The notes under the pieces are model-generated. The model saw only the letters and a list, made by a program, of their open reading frames with translations, did not search any database and was not told the origin of the DNA. A DNA stretch of 64,000 bases from Eubacteriales bacterium (GTDB lineage: Bacteria; Bacillota; Clostridia; Oscillospirales; SIG627): positions 36,157 to 100,156 of the forward strand of contig JAZSAT010000038.1 in assembly GCA_045602025.1 (NCBI GenBank), in the 5' to 3' direction. The position numbers and the translations under genes were made by a program. Each line of letters begins with the position of its first letter. Position 1 is the first letter of the stretch. Shown here one piece after another: positions 17,346 to 26,178 of this stretch.

Positions 17346-17708
17346 ATGATAAAAAGAATCGTCATTGCAGGAAGCAGAGATTATAACGATTATAAAGAAG
17401 CAGAGGCATTTATCAAACAGTGCCTGGAAGCATTAAAGCCCTTTCAAAAGCTTATTATTCTGTCCGGCGGTTGCACCGGTGCTGATCAATTGGGAGAACG
17501 CTTTGCAAAAGAAAACGGCTACCTGATCGAACTGCATAAAGCCAAATGGGCCGAATACGGAAAAGCCGCCGGTCCCATCAGAAACCGCAAAATGGCAGAG
17601 AATTGTGATGCCGTCATTTGTTTTTGGGATCAAAAAAGCAGAGGCACCGCCTCTATGATCTCCTTTGCAAAAAAATACGAAAAATCCGTTTTCATCAAAC
17701 AGATATAA
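17346..17708 (+). CDS. DUF2493/SLOG-like protein (120 aa)
   Basis: It reads MIKRIVIAGSRDYNDY...LSGGCTGADQLGERFA...GPIRNRKM, which is a Rossmann-like SLOG pattern. The SD gaggtg precedes the ATG. Confidence 0.6.
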   Translation: MIKRIVIAGSRDYNDYKEAEAFIKQCLEALKPFQKLIILSGGCTGADQLGERFAKENGYLIELHKAKWAEYGKAAGPIRNRKMAENCDAVICFWDQKSRGTASMISFAKKYEKSVFIKQI

Positions 17709-17792
17709 AACCTTTTGTTTTTCAAAATCCGTAACCGTTCTCTTTCGGTCGTTGTTGAACAAAAGAAGACAACACCTATTTGATTCGCCTTT

Positions 17793-17826
17793 TCCGCTAA
17801 CGAAATCGTTAGCGGATCTTTTTTTG
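17793..17826 (+). terminator. Rho-independent terminator
   Basis: The hairpin tccgctaacg/aaat/cgttagcgga is followed by tcttttttt. Confidence 0.6.
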
Positions 17827-17915
17827 CAAAAAATTTCATAAAAAAGAAAAAATACGGAAGTCCTTCCGTGGAATCGACAGGAAATATCATCTAAAATGTC
17901 TTCCAGGGGGGAACC

Positions 17916-18155
17916 GTGTCAGATTTATACGATACCAAATACATCGCAGAAAATGTATACCTTTTGCGAAAACAAACACTTCACCTTTCTCAAGAGGCCT
18001 TCAGCGAAAAAACAAACCTCTCCAAGGATACCATCAGCAATATTGAGCGAGGCGTATACCGCCCCAACATCGACACCCTGGTCAGCATTTCCAATGCTAC
18101 CGGTGTTTCCATTGACTACTTTCTTCAAAAACCGCAAGGAAAGGACCAAGTATGA
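17916..18155 (+). CDS. XRE family HTH regulator (79 aa, GTG start)
   Basis: The HTH is LSQEAFSEKTNLSKDTISNIERG. Confidence 0.7.
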   Translation: MSDLYDTKYIAENVYLLRKQTLHLSQEAFSEKTNLSKDTISNIERGVYRPNIDTLVSISNATGVSIDYFLQKPQGKDQV

Positions 18156-18379
18156 TAAAAACCACCTACCGCCTCCGGGAGGATGCCGCCTTCGATGAGC
18201 AAGGAAACAAAATTTCCGTTTACGGCATCAACGCGTTTTCTCAAAAGAAAATACGCTCTTCCTACCCCGACCTTTTTATCGATCGGGAAAAAGCCGAAAG
18301 CTTTGTATCGCTTTGCAACCGTTCCCACCTTGCCCCCACGCATCTTCCCGATGTAATAGAGGATCTTTTGTCAAAATAA
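18152..18379 (+). CDS. Small hypothetical protein coupled to the XRE gene (75 aa)
   Basis: It has a 4-nt ATGA overlap with the upstream regulator. I cannot assign a family with confidence. Confidence 0.5.
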   Translation: MIKTTYRLREDAAFDEQGNKISVYGINAFSQKKIRSSYPDLFIDREKAESFVSLCNRSHLAPTHLPDVIEDLLSK

Positions 18380-18480
18380 GAAAATTTTCGGGAAATTTTG
18401 TAACCACTCTTCCTGATTTTTTGTTGTAATATTTGGAAAAGGGCCCTTTCCAAAAAAATAAAAAATAAGGAGTTACAAAA

Positions 18481-18918
18481 ATGAAAAAATCAATCCAAAA
18501 AATCCTTTCCCTCACCCTCGCCCTCTGTTTCCTCATTACCCCCATCGCACTCACGGCAAGTGCCGCCGAGGTACAGCCCCGCCTGAACAACACCATTTCC
18601 ACCGCCACGAATATGAAGATCACCAGCGCCGGCAAAATGAACATTTCTTATAATTATAGTGGAATTCCCGGTGTTACCACCAAAGGGGTGATCACTACCT
18701 ATGTGGAAAAGCGTTTTCTCGGCATTTTCTGGACCCGCGTGGATATCGGCACCACCGACGATGAATGGGTCGATACCATTTACGAAGAATACTATGCCGG
18801 TTCTCGCTCCTACCAGCTTTCCGCTTCCGGCACCTACCGCGTAACCGTACAGTATAAGATCTACGGCTCCGGCGGCGCAGCAGATGTTTTGGATTCCCAA
18901 ATCACCGATTCTTATTAA
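18481..18918 (+). CDS. Small secreted beta-rich protein (145 aa)
   Basis: The signal peptide is MKKSIQKILSLTLALCFLITPIALTASA. The SD is aaggag. It is rich in T/Y/G beta-strand-like sequence. Confidence 0.6.
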   Translation: MKKSIQKILSLTLALCFLITPIALTASAAEVQPRLNNTISTATNMKITSAGKMNISYNYSGIPGVTTKGVITTYVEKRFLGIFWTRVDIGTTDDEWVDTIYEEYYAGSRSYQLSASGTYRVTVQYKIYGSGGAADVLDSQITDSY

Positions 18919-18923
18919 AATAA

Positions 18924-18960
18924 AACAAACGGGAGGAAAATTCCTCCCGTTTGGTCTTTT
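18924..18960. terminator. Bidirectional terminator
   Basis: The hairpin caaacgggagg/aaaatt/cctcccgtttg lies between convergent genes. Confidence 0.65.
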
Positions 18961-18974
18961 GGGAACCAAAGGCC

Positions 18975-19643
18975 TTACTTTAAGTTCTTTATGATATCTT
19001 TTAAAAATGCAATGTCCATGTTTCCCGTACAAGTGATCTGGAAATAGTAACAATCTTTTATAAACATCGCTTGTTTTGCTTCATCCAAATCATAGATCAT
19101 CACTTCTGTTCCGTCTACGATCTCTTTCTGAGCATAGTCATTTTCCGTGTCAAGATTTAGATTCAAACCATCAAACATCGCTTGATAAACCAAAATGGTA
19201 TCCCCCGATGCATTTTCATAAGTTGTTGAAACAACAGACTCATCTGCTGTTCTGCTCACCTCTACAAAACCTTCCGGTACAGGGTCCAGCTCATACACCT
19301 TTTCTATCACCTTTTCCTCAGCATCCCCCTCAAAGAAATACGCGGTAAAGGTTTCATAAACCTCGGTAATGAATCTCATAATGGGCTCGCGAATGGGTTT
19401 GATGCTGCAAGCGGTAGCAAATAATATTGCCGCGGCAGCAAAGATCACCGCAACTCGTTTACCTACCGTATTCACATATTTCCAGTATGATTTTTTCTGA
19501 TTTCGAAACAGCCTCAGCATTCTTTTCATAAAAGAAGCAGAAAAGTGGTACTCGATCTCATCCTCGTTTTTCGGAATATGCTCAAACTCGGAAGAAACAA
19601 CCTTGCGAATCGCTTCAAAGAATTCATTTCTTGTGATTGCCAT
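18975..19643 (-). CDS. Anti-sigma-like membrane protein (DUF4367-like C-terminal domain, 222 aa)
   Basis: The start MAITRNEF overlaps the sigma gene end. It has a single TM helix (VAVIFAAAAILFATA) and an extracytoplasmic C-terminal domain. Confidence 0.55.
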   Translation of the reverse strand: MAITRNEFFEAIRKVVSSEFEHIPKNEDEIEYHFSASFMKRMLRLFRNQKKSYWKYVNTVGKRVAVIFAAAAILFATACSIKPIREPIMRFITEVYETFTAYFFEGDAEEKVIEKVYELDPVPEGFVEVSRTADESVVSTTYENASGDTILVYQAMFDGLNLNLDTENDYAQKEIVDGTEVMIYDLDEAKQAMFIKDCYYFQITCTGNMDIAFLKDIIKNLK

Positions 19644-20220
19644 GTGTTTTATCTCCCTTTTCATCCAGCAAGCTCAAAAGCATCTTTTTCCCGCGGACAA
19701 GCTGTTGCTTTGTAGCAGAAACAGACTGAAACATTAATTTCGCCACTTCCGAAACCGTCATTTCCATTACAAAATGGTAATAAAGAGCATCGCGATATTT
19801 TTCATTCAATGCGGCGATCCCTTTCAGTACCTTTTCATAATCCATTTTGTTGCATACCGTTTCAAAAAAACGGTCGTCACACAGCTCCTTCTTTCCCACA
19901 GAGCTGTATTCCGGAATTTGGTCTAAAGAAATATTTGCCTTCTTTTTCTCCTTGATCATATTAAGGCTCGTGTTTTTAGTGGCTTTCAGTAAATAATTTC
20001 GCATGTCCGTATCATTTTCGATACTGCGAACCACATCAAAATTCCGGGAAGCGATCCTTTCGAAAACCGTTGCAACTGCATCCTCCGCATCTTCCTCTTT
20101 TTTCAGGTACGACATTGCAAGGCTCATCATTTGTTTGGAGTAAGAATAAAAAATATCCTCCAAAAGTTTCTGATCCTTTTCGTCATCTAAATAGGCAAGT
20201 ATCAAATTGAGGTTGATCAT
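19624..20220 (-). CDS. RNA polymerase sigma-70 family factor (ECF/SigI-like, 198 aa)
   Basis: It has a region-2-like segment (DAEDAVATVFERI) and a region-4 HTH (YRDALYYHFVMEMTVSEVAKLMFQSVSATKQQLVRGKKML). Confidence 0.75.
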   Translation of the reverse strand: MINLNLILAYLDDEKDQKLLEDIFYSYSKQMMSLAMSYLKKEEDAEDAVATVFERIASRNFDVVRSIENDTDMRNYLLKATKNTSLNMIKEKKKANISLDQIPEYSSVGKKELCDDRFFETVCNKMDYEKVLKGIAALNEKYRDALYYHFVMEMTVSEVAKLMFQSVSATKQQLVRGKKMLLSLLDEKGDKTHGNHKK

Positions 20221-20314
20221 AGCTTCTCTCCTGTTTACCGCTACATATATACAACAGTAAAAAATTAAAAAAGATTACATTTTTTCTGTTTCAATATTTT
20301 TCCGTATTTTAATA

Positions 20315-20557
20315 TCACCGGATCTCTTGTTCCAGTTCTTCAAACAAGGGGGAATCAAAAAAAGTTAAAATCTTGATATCAAGGCCGTCACAAATCTTTT
20401 TCACAGTAGAAACCGTGGTACTGTGATTTCTTCCTATTGTAATATTCGACAAGGTAGATTGGGTAACGCCGCTCATGTTGGAAAGCTTGTTCACGGTAAT
20501 GTTTCTTTCCCGGCAAAGCTCCAAAATTCTTAATCGAACCGCTTCTCCTATCCGCAT
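20315..20557 (-). CDS. XRE family HTH regulator (80 aa)
   Basis: It contains NITVNKLSNMSGVTQSTLSNITIGRN. Confidence 0.75.
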   Translation of the reverse strand: MRIGEAVRLRILELCRERNITVNKLSNMSGVTQSTLSNITIGRNHSTTVSTVKKICDGLDIKILTFFDSPLFEELEQEIR

Positions 20558-20597
20558 TTTCTCCTCCGCATCGTTACTTTTTATAACGATATTACCC

Positions 20598-20630
20598 CTT
20601 TTGAGTTCAAAAGTTTAACTCTTTTGAGTT
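20598..20630. promoter_or_regulatory. Operator-like repeat upstream of the XRE gene
   Basis: The palindrome cttttga-gt-tcaaaag (20598-20613) is followed by a direct repeat of cttttgagtt at 20621-20630. Confidence 0.35.
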
Positions 20631-20720
20631 ATATGTATAGGATTGCAAGAATATGGGAGAAATATAAAGTATAATGTTTTTCTTGTAAAAGTATAGCAGA
20701 AACAGAAGAAAACATCAAAT

Positions 20721-20747
20721 AGAACAGCCGAGGGGCTGTTCTTTTTT
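20721..20747 (+). terminator. Orphan hairpin/T-run terminator
   Basis: The hairpin agaacagcc/gagg/ggctgttct is followed by T6. No plus-strand gene lies upstream of it. Confidence 0.45.
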
Positions 20748-20772
20748 ATCTCTACTACTTTTCTTTTTTCTC

Positions 20773-20801
20773 TTGCATTTTTATACTATTTATGATATAA
20801 T
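20773..20801 (+). promoter_or_regulatory. Promoter TTGCAT-17-TATAAT for putP
   Basis: The -35 is at 20773-20778 and the -10 at 20796-20801. The ORF-track TTG start at 20773 is actually the -35 box. Confidence 0.6.
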
Positions 20802-20832
20802 GTTTTATCTTTTTTTGTTAGGAGTTGTTACA

Positions 20833-22440
20833 GTGGATTCAAAAACATTACAAATTTTGATTGCGATGATCCTTTATATGGGAATCGTCATCTTCATCGG
20901 CGTATATTACGCCAAAAAGGCCAATCAAAACAGTGAAGCCTTCTTCCTCGGCGGCAGAAGCCTCGGTCCTTGGGTCACCGCAATGAGTGCAGAAGCCTCA
21001 GATATGAGCGGCTGGCTGCTTATGGGTCTGCCCGGTGTTGCTTACTGGTGCGGCCTTGCAGATGCTGCCTGGACTGCTATCGGTCTGGCAGTAGGTACTT
21101 ATTTTAACTGGCTCATCGTTTCCAAGAGACTGCGCAGATACAGTATCAAAGCAGGAAACGCCATTACTCTTCCGGAATTTTTCTCCAACCGCTATAAAGA
21201 GAAAAAGCCCGTGATCCTGATGATCTCCGCGCTGTTTATTTTGGTATTCTTCACCGTTTACGCCGCAAGCTGCCTTGCAACCTGCGGAAAACTCTTCTCC
21301 ACCCTGTTCGGTGCATCTTATGAATCGATGATGATCATCGGCGCGCTGTTCGTACTTTTATACACCATCCTCGGTGGCTTCCTTGCAGAAAGCGCATCCG
21401 ACTTTATGCAGGCGATCGTTATGATCTCCGCCCTCATTATCGTAGTATCTCTCGGCGTTGTTCACGCAGGCGGCTTTAACGCCATCGTAGAAAACGCAAA
21501 GAATATCCCCGGTTTTCTTGATTTCTTTACCCTCGCTTCCCCCAAAGCGGTAGATCCCGCTGCCGACACTGTGGTACAGCAGGTAGCAAACGGTGCTCCT
21601 CTTTGGAATGAAGCAGGAAAATACGGCTTCCTTACCATTTGCTCTACCATGGCTTGGGGTCTCGGATACTTTGGTATGCCTCAGGTACTTTTGAGATTTA
21701 TGGCGATCCGCAAGGAAAAGGAACTGAAGACCTCCCGTAGAATTGCGATGATCTGGGTTGTAATTTCTCTTACCGTTGCCGTATTTATCGGTATTATGGG
21801 CAGAACCACTCCCGATTTTTCCATCACCCACCTGACCGCAAGCGATGCGGAAAACATCTTCATCACCCTTTCCACAAGCTTCTTGCCTCCCATTCTTGCA
21901 GGCTTTGTTATGGCGGGTATTCTTGCTGCAACCATCAGCTCTTCCGACTCGTATCTGCTCATTGCCGCTTCCGCCTTCGCCAAGAACATTTTCCACGGCG
22001 TATTCAATAAAAAGGCAAGCGACAAGCAGGTTATGACCGTTACCAGAATCACCCTTCTTCTTATCACCGTATTTGCTGCCATTATCGCGTGGGACAGAAA
22101 CAGCATTATCTTCAACATTGTATCCTTTGCTTGGGCAGGCTTCGGTGCAACCTTCGGCCCTCTGATGCTCTTCTCTCTCTTCTGGAAGAGAACCACCAAG
22201 GAAGGTGCTGTTGCCGGTATGATCAGCGGTGGCGTAATGGTATTTGTATGGGAGCTTGTATTTACCGCAAAACTCGGTGCTGTCAGCCCCATCTTCAAGC
22301 TGTATGAGCTTCTCCCCGCATTCATCTTCTCTTCCATCGTGATCGTTGTGGTTTCCCTTCTTACAAAGAAGCCCTCTGCAGAAATTGAAGCTGAATTCGA
22401 TTCTGTAAAGACCGCCGATCCCGAAGCGATCGAAGCATAA
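20833..22440 (+). CDS. putP: Sodium:proline symporter (SSS family, 535 aa)
   Basis: A GTG start lies 8 nt after aggag. There are about 13 TM helices and SSF motifs (FFLGGRSLGPWVTAMSAEASDMSGWLLMGLPG). Confidence 0.85.
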   Translation: MDSKTLQILIAMILYMGIVIFIGVYYAKKANQNSEAFFLGGRSLGPWVTAMSAEASDMSGWLLMGLPGVAYWCGLADAAWTAIGLAVGTYFNWLIVSKRLRRYSIKAGNAITLPEFFSNRYKEKKPVILMISALFILVFFTVYAASCLATCGKLFSTLFGASYESMMIIGALFVLLYTILGGFLAESASDFMQAIVMISALIIVVSLGVVHAGGFNAIVENAKNIPGFLDFFTLASPKAVDPAADTVVQQVANGAPLWNEAGKYGFLTICSTMAWGLGYFGMPQVLLRFMAIRKEKELKTSRRIAMIWVVISLTVAVFIGIMGRTTPDFSITHLTASDAENIFITLSTSFLPPILAGFVMAGILAATISSSDSYLLIAASAFAKNIFHGVFNKKASDKQVMTVTRITLLLITVFAAIIAWDRNSIIFNIVSFAWAGFGATFGPLMLFSLFWKRTTKEGAVAGMISGGVMVFVWELVFTAKLGAVSPIFKLYELLPAFIFSSIVIVVVSLLTKKPSAEIEAEFDSVKTADPEAIEA

Positions 22441-22450
22441 ACAAAAAGTA

Positions 22451-22482
22451 AAAAAGAACACCCGATCGGGTGTTCTTTTTTT
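22451..22482. terminator. Bidirectional terminator
   Basis: The hairpin agaacaccc/gatc/gggtgttct is flanked by an A-run and a T-run, between convergent genes. Confidence 0.75.
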
Positions 22483-22484
22483 AT

Positions 22485-23666
22485 CTAATTATAAAATCTA
22501 AGGTCAAGCTCTTTTAAAAGCCTTGCCATTTTTTCGCCTTCTTCAGAAGGCATTGCAAGATTTTTCTTTGCCTCGTTGATGGTCTTATGAAAACCGGCAT
22601 AGCGAAAATGATTGAAAAAGCGGCGAATCTGATATAAAGGCATCAAATACTTTTTCCCCTCCAAAGAAGGGTACATTCTGCAAAGGGTTTCGTAAGAAGC
22701 AAAAATCCTCGCCTTCAGATAAGCAATTTTTCCCATATTTCCTCGGCGAACAGCGATAAACTGCTTTTGCTCGCCGAAAATACCCACAGAAAACACCAGA
22801 TCCTCAAGAAGCTGTGCTTTTTCGCTTCCCTCTCCGCCGTGGAACCACTTTTCACAGAGATTGAAGACCTCTTTTTCAAAGGTTTCAAGCCTTCCGTGCT
22901 GTAAAAGCTTTCGGTAAAGATCTTTGTCGTAGACCATTTTTTCTCTTAACAGATCATAATCCAAAAAGAACCGGATTCCCACGCCGCCGTTGTTGATGTG
23001 CTTTGCCATATGGGCAATGTGGTAAAACAGGAAAAATTCCGAGGGCAGTTTTTTCTCGAATTTCTTTCCCTCACAAGAAAGTGCCATATCCCAAACGCGC
23101 TTCAGCACCTTTTCTGCATCAGGCATCAGGTTTTCGCCAACCAGGTCAAAGTGCAGCTCCATATTCTCACCGCCGGGAGCCGTGAAGGACACATCGTGAT
23201 CTCCCCGCTCCTTCAGGGTATACTGAAGCTTTTTTATAAGGAGAGATGTAGCCTCATCCAGACGATCCTCGGGAATCAAAACATCTGCATCGGAGCTTGT
23301 CCTCATCCAGGTTTCCGGATAAAAATTCCGAACCACGGCACCCTTCAGTGCAATGTGCTCAATGCCAAATTCCTCAAGGGTATCACATAATTTTTCTCTT
23401 TGATGCTCGATCCGCTCAGACCGAAAGAGCGCGTAAGCAAGCTTCTTCTCAAAGGATGAAAATGTATCGCTTTCCTTGGACAAAAGTCCGTTTTTCTTCA
23501 GGGAAAAGCCTACCAGATGAGCAAGGTCCTGACGGTCGGAAAAGGTGTAAAGCTCCGAAAGGATCTCTTCCCCGATGATCGATTTGATCTCATCCGATAA
23601 ATTTTCCCCAAAAACAGCGAAACGAAGGAGAGCAAGTATTACTTCAAAAACATGCTTGCGTTTCAT
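22485..23666 (-). CDS. Uncharacterised nucleotidyltransferase family protein (393 aa)
   Basis: It resembles the NTP_transf_5-type proteins common at the ends of polysaccharide loci. It is the last gene of the locus. Confidence 0.5.
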   Translation of the reverse strand: MKRKHVFEVILALLRFAVFGENLSDEIKSIIGEEILSELYTFSDRQDLAHLVGFSLKKNGLLSKESDTFSSFEKKLAYALFRSERIEHQREKLCDTLEEFGIEHIALKGAVVRNFYPETWMRTSSDADVLIPEDRLDEATSLLIKKLQYTLKERGDHDVSFTAPGGENMELHFDLVGENLMPDAEKVLKRVWDMALSCEGKKFEKKLPSEFFLFYHIAHMAKHINNGGVGIRFFLDYDLLREKMVYDKDLYRKLLQHGRLETFEKEVFNLCEKWFHGGEGSEKAQLLEDLVFSVGIFGEQKQFIAVRRGNMGKIAYLKARIFASYETLCRMYPSLEGKKYLMPLYQIRRFFNHFRYAGFHKTINEAKKNLAMPSEEGEKMARLLKELDLRFYN

Positions 23667-23689
23667 TTCTTTCCTCCGTTTCTCTTTTT

Positions 23690-24712
23690 TTATTTTCTGT
23701 TACCGTACATTTTTTCGTAGTAATTCTGGTATTCACCGGAAATGATGGTCTCCCACCACTCCTTATTATCCAGATACCACTGAATGGTTTTTTCGATACC
23801 GTCTGCAAATTTGGTTTCGGGAAGCCATCCAAGCTCGTTATGAATCTTGGTGGGATCAATGGCATAACGCATATCGTGACCCTTGCGGTCTGCCACATAA
23901 GTGATCAGGCTTTCGGGCTTGCCGAGCTTTTTGCAAATTAGTTTTACAATGTCAATATTTGCCATTTCATTGTGGCCGCCTACATTGTATACTTCGCCAA
24001 CTTTTCCCTTGTGGATGATCAGATCGATTGCCTTGCAATGATCCTCTACATACAGCCAGTCACGAACATTTTCACCCTTGCCATAAACAGGCAGAGGCTT
24101 GTCGTTTAAAGCATTAGCGATCATAAGAGGGATGAGTTTCTCTGGAAAATGGTAAGGACCGTAGTTGTTGCAACAACGGCTGATGGTCACAGGCAGACCG
24201 AAGGTGCGGTGATAAGCCAGAACCAAAAGGTCCGCGCCTGCCTTGGAGCTGGAATAAGGAGAAGAGGTGTGTATGGGGGTTTCCTCCGTGAAGAACAGAT
24301 CAGGTCTGTCCAAAGGAAGATCGCCGTATACCTCGTCAGTGGATACCTGATGGTATCTTGTGATGCCGTATTTACGGCAAGCGTCCATCATAACCTGAGT
24401 ACCGAGAATATTGGTCTGCAAAAAGACCTCGGGATTTTCAATAGAACGGTCTACATGGCTTTCTGCGGCAAAGTTTACCACAATATCGGGCTTTTCTTCT
24501 TCAAAAAGCTTGTAGATCGCGCTTCTGTCGCAAATATCCGTTTTGCAAAAACGGAAATTGGGATTTTTCAAAGCTTCTTCCAGGGTAGAAAGATTTCCCG
24601 CATAGGTTAAGCAATCCACGCAAACAATGCGATAATCGGGATACTTTTTCAGCATGTGGTATACGAAATTGGAGCCGATAAAGCCTGCGCCACCTGTTAC
24701 AATAATAGTCAT
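23690..24712 (-). CDS. rfbB: dTDP-glucose 4,6-dehydratase
   Basis: The start is MTIIVTGGAGFIGSNF. Motifs include STDEVYG and the YSSSKAGAD catalytic YxxxK. Confidence 0.9.
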   Translation of the reverse strand: MTIIVTGGAGFIGSNFVYHMLKKYPDYRIVCVDCLTYAGNLSTLEEALKNPNFRFCKTDICDRSAIYKLFEEEKPDIVVNFAAESHVDRSIENPEVFLQTNILGTQVMMDACRKYGITRYHQVSTDEVYGDLPLDRPDLFFTEETPIHTSSPYSSSKAGADLLVLAYHRTFGLPVTISRCCNNYGPYHFPEKLIPLMIANALNDKPLPVYGKGENVRDWLYVEDHCKAIDLIIHKGKVGEVYNVGGHNEMANIDIVKLICKKLGKPESLITYVADRKGHDMRYAIDPTKIHNELGWLPETKFADGIEKTIQWYLDNKEWWETIISGEYQNYYEKMYGNRK

Positions 24713-24713
24713 T

Positions 24714-25280
24714 TTATTTTTCCCCCTTATAGGTAAAATTACAATCGCTGTCGTCAAGAAGCGGAGCATTCATATCCTTTGCACTGAGAAGGCTTTCTTC
24801 TACCTCGCCCCACTCAATACCAATGGTAGGATCGTCAAAGCGAATGCCTCTGTCACATTCCTTGCTGTAGAGGTTATCTACCTTATAGCAGAACTCTACA
24901 TCCTCCGTAAGAGATTTGAAGCCGTGTCCAAATCCGCGGGGAATAAGAAGCATGCGCTTGTTTTCCGCAGAAAGCTCAACCGCAACATACTTTTTATAAG
25001 TAGGACTGCCCTTCCTCAGATCCACTGCCACATCCATCACCGCACCGCGGATCACGCGGACAAGCTTTGTCTGGGACATGGGATCATTCTGAAAATGAAC
25101 ACCGCGAAGAGCACCCTTCTGTGCTGTAAAGGACTGATTGTCCTGAACAAAGTCAAAATTCAGACCGATATCCTGAAAATTCTTCGTGGACCAGGTCTCC
25201 ATAAAATACCCGCGGTGATCACCGAATACCTGAGGCTCAATGATATAAACACCGGGAATCGCTGTTTCGATCTTTTTCAT
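24714..25280 (-). CDS. rfbC: dTDP-4-dehydrorhamnose 3,5-epimerase
   Basis: It contains FGDHRGYFMETW and LRGVHFQ motifs and is 188 aa long. Confidence 0.9.
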   Translation of the reverse strand: MKKIETAIPGVYIIEPQVFGDHRGYFMETWSTKNFQDIGLNFDFVQDNQSFTAQKGALRGVHFQNDPMSQTKLVRVIRGAVMDVAVDLRKGSPTYKKYVAVELSAENKRMLLIPRGFGHGFKSLTEDVEFCYKVDNLYSKECDRGIRFDDPTIGIEWGEVEESLLSAKDMNAPLLDDSDCNFTYKGEK

Positions 25281-25289
25281 ATTTCCCCC

Positions 25290-26174
25290 TTAATAACGGA
25301 TCTTTTCGTCTGCTACATTCTTCAAATGCTGTCCGTAAGGACTCTTGCCGTAACGATCAGCAGATTCCAAAAGCTTTTCGCGGGTGATCCAGCCGTTTTT
25401 ATAAGCGATCTCTTCGGGCGCGGAGATTTTGATACCCTGTCTCTTTTCGATCATCTGCACAAATTCAGCAGCCTCTACAAGGCTGTCCGTCGTTCCCGTA
25501 TCCAGCCATGCAAATCCACGGCCCAAAAGCTGAACATCCAAAAGATCTTCATTCAGATACATTTCATTCAAGGTGGTGATCTCAAGCTCTCCTCTGGCAG
25601 AGGGCTTTACCTTCTTTGCCATATCGGAAACCCCTGCAGGATAGAAATACAGGCCTGTTACGCAGTAATTGCTCTTGGGGTTCTTGGGCTTTTCTTCAAT
25701 GGAAATAACCTTTCCGTTTTCGTCGAATTCCACGATACCGAATCTCTCGGGGTCATTGACATAATAGCCGAATACGGTAGCTCTGCCTGCCTCTGCATTG
25801 GCGGCTGCACCGCGCAGGATCTTACCAAAGCCCGCACCGTAGAAAATATTGTCGCCAAGTACCATTGCGCCGGCACCGCCCTCCAAGAATTCTTCGCCCA
25901 AAAGGAAGGCCTGTGCAAGACCGTCGGGAGAAGGCTGAACCTTGTAGGAAAGGCTGATACCAAACTGACTGCCGTCGCCCAAAAGATCCTGAAAACGGGG
26001 CGTATCGGTAGGCGTGGAAATGATCAGAATGTCCTTGATCCCCGCAAGCATCAGGGTAGACAGAGGATAATAGATCATGGGCTTATCATAAACGGGAAGC
26101 AACTGTTTTGACGTAACCATCGTCAAAGGATAAAGTCTGGTACCGGCACCGCCGGCAAGAATAATACCTTTCAT
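25290..26174 (-). CDS. rfbA: Glucose-1-phosphate thymidylyltransferase
   Basis: It contains [18 protein letters not shown] and [11 protein letters not shown]. Confidence 0.9.
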   Translation of the reverse strand: MKGIILAGGAGTRLYPLTMVTSKQLLPVYDKPMIYYPLSTLMLAGIKDILIISTPTDTPRFQDLLGDGSQFGISLSYKVQPSPDGLAQAFLLGEEFLEGGAGAMVLGDNIFYGAGFGKILRGAAANAEAGRATVFGYYVNDPERFGIVEFDENGKVISIEEKPKNPKSNYCVTGLYFYPAGVSDMAKKVKPSARGELEITTLNEMYLNEDLLDVQLLGRGFAWLDTGTTDSLVEAAEFVQMIEKRQGIKISAPEEIAYKNGWITREKLLESADRYGKSPYGQHLKNVADEKIRY

Positions 26175-26178
26175 TTTG

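Noticed and set aside
20773-20832. TTG start at 20773 for putP (the ORF-track start)
   Set aside because: Positions 20773-20801 form a TTGCAT-17-TATAAT promoter. A GTG at 20833 with a properly spaced aggag is the more plausible start.
21358-22461. 367-aa minus-strand ORF
   Set aside because: It is antisense to putP, and the putP frame has clear SSS-family TM topology and motifs.
24654-26111. 485-aa plus-strand ORF
   Set aside because: It is antisense to the unmistakable rfbC and rfbA genes, so it is a shadow ORF.
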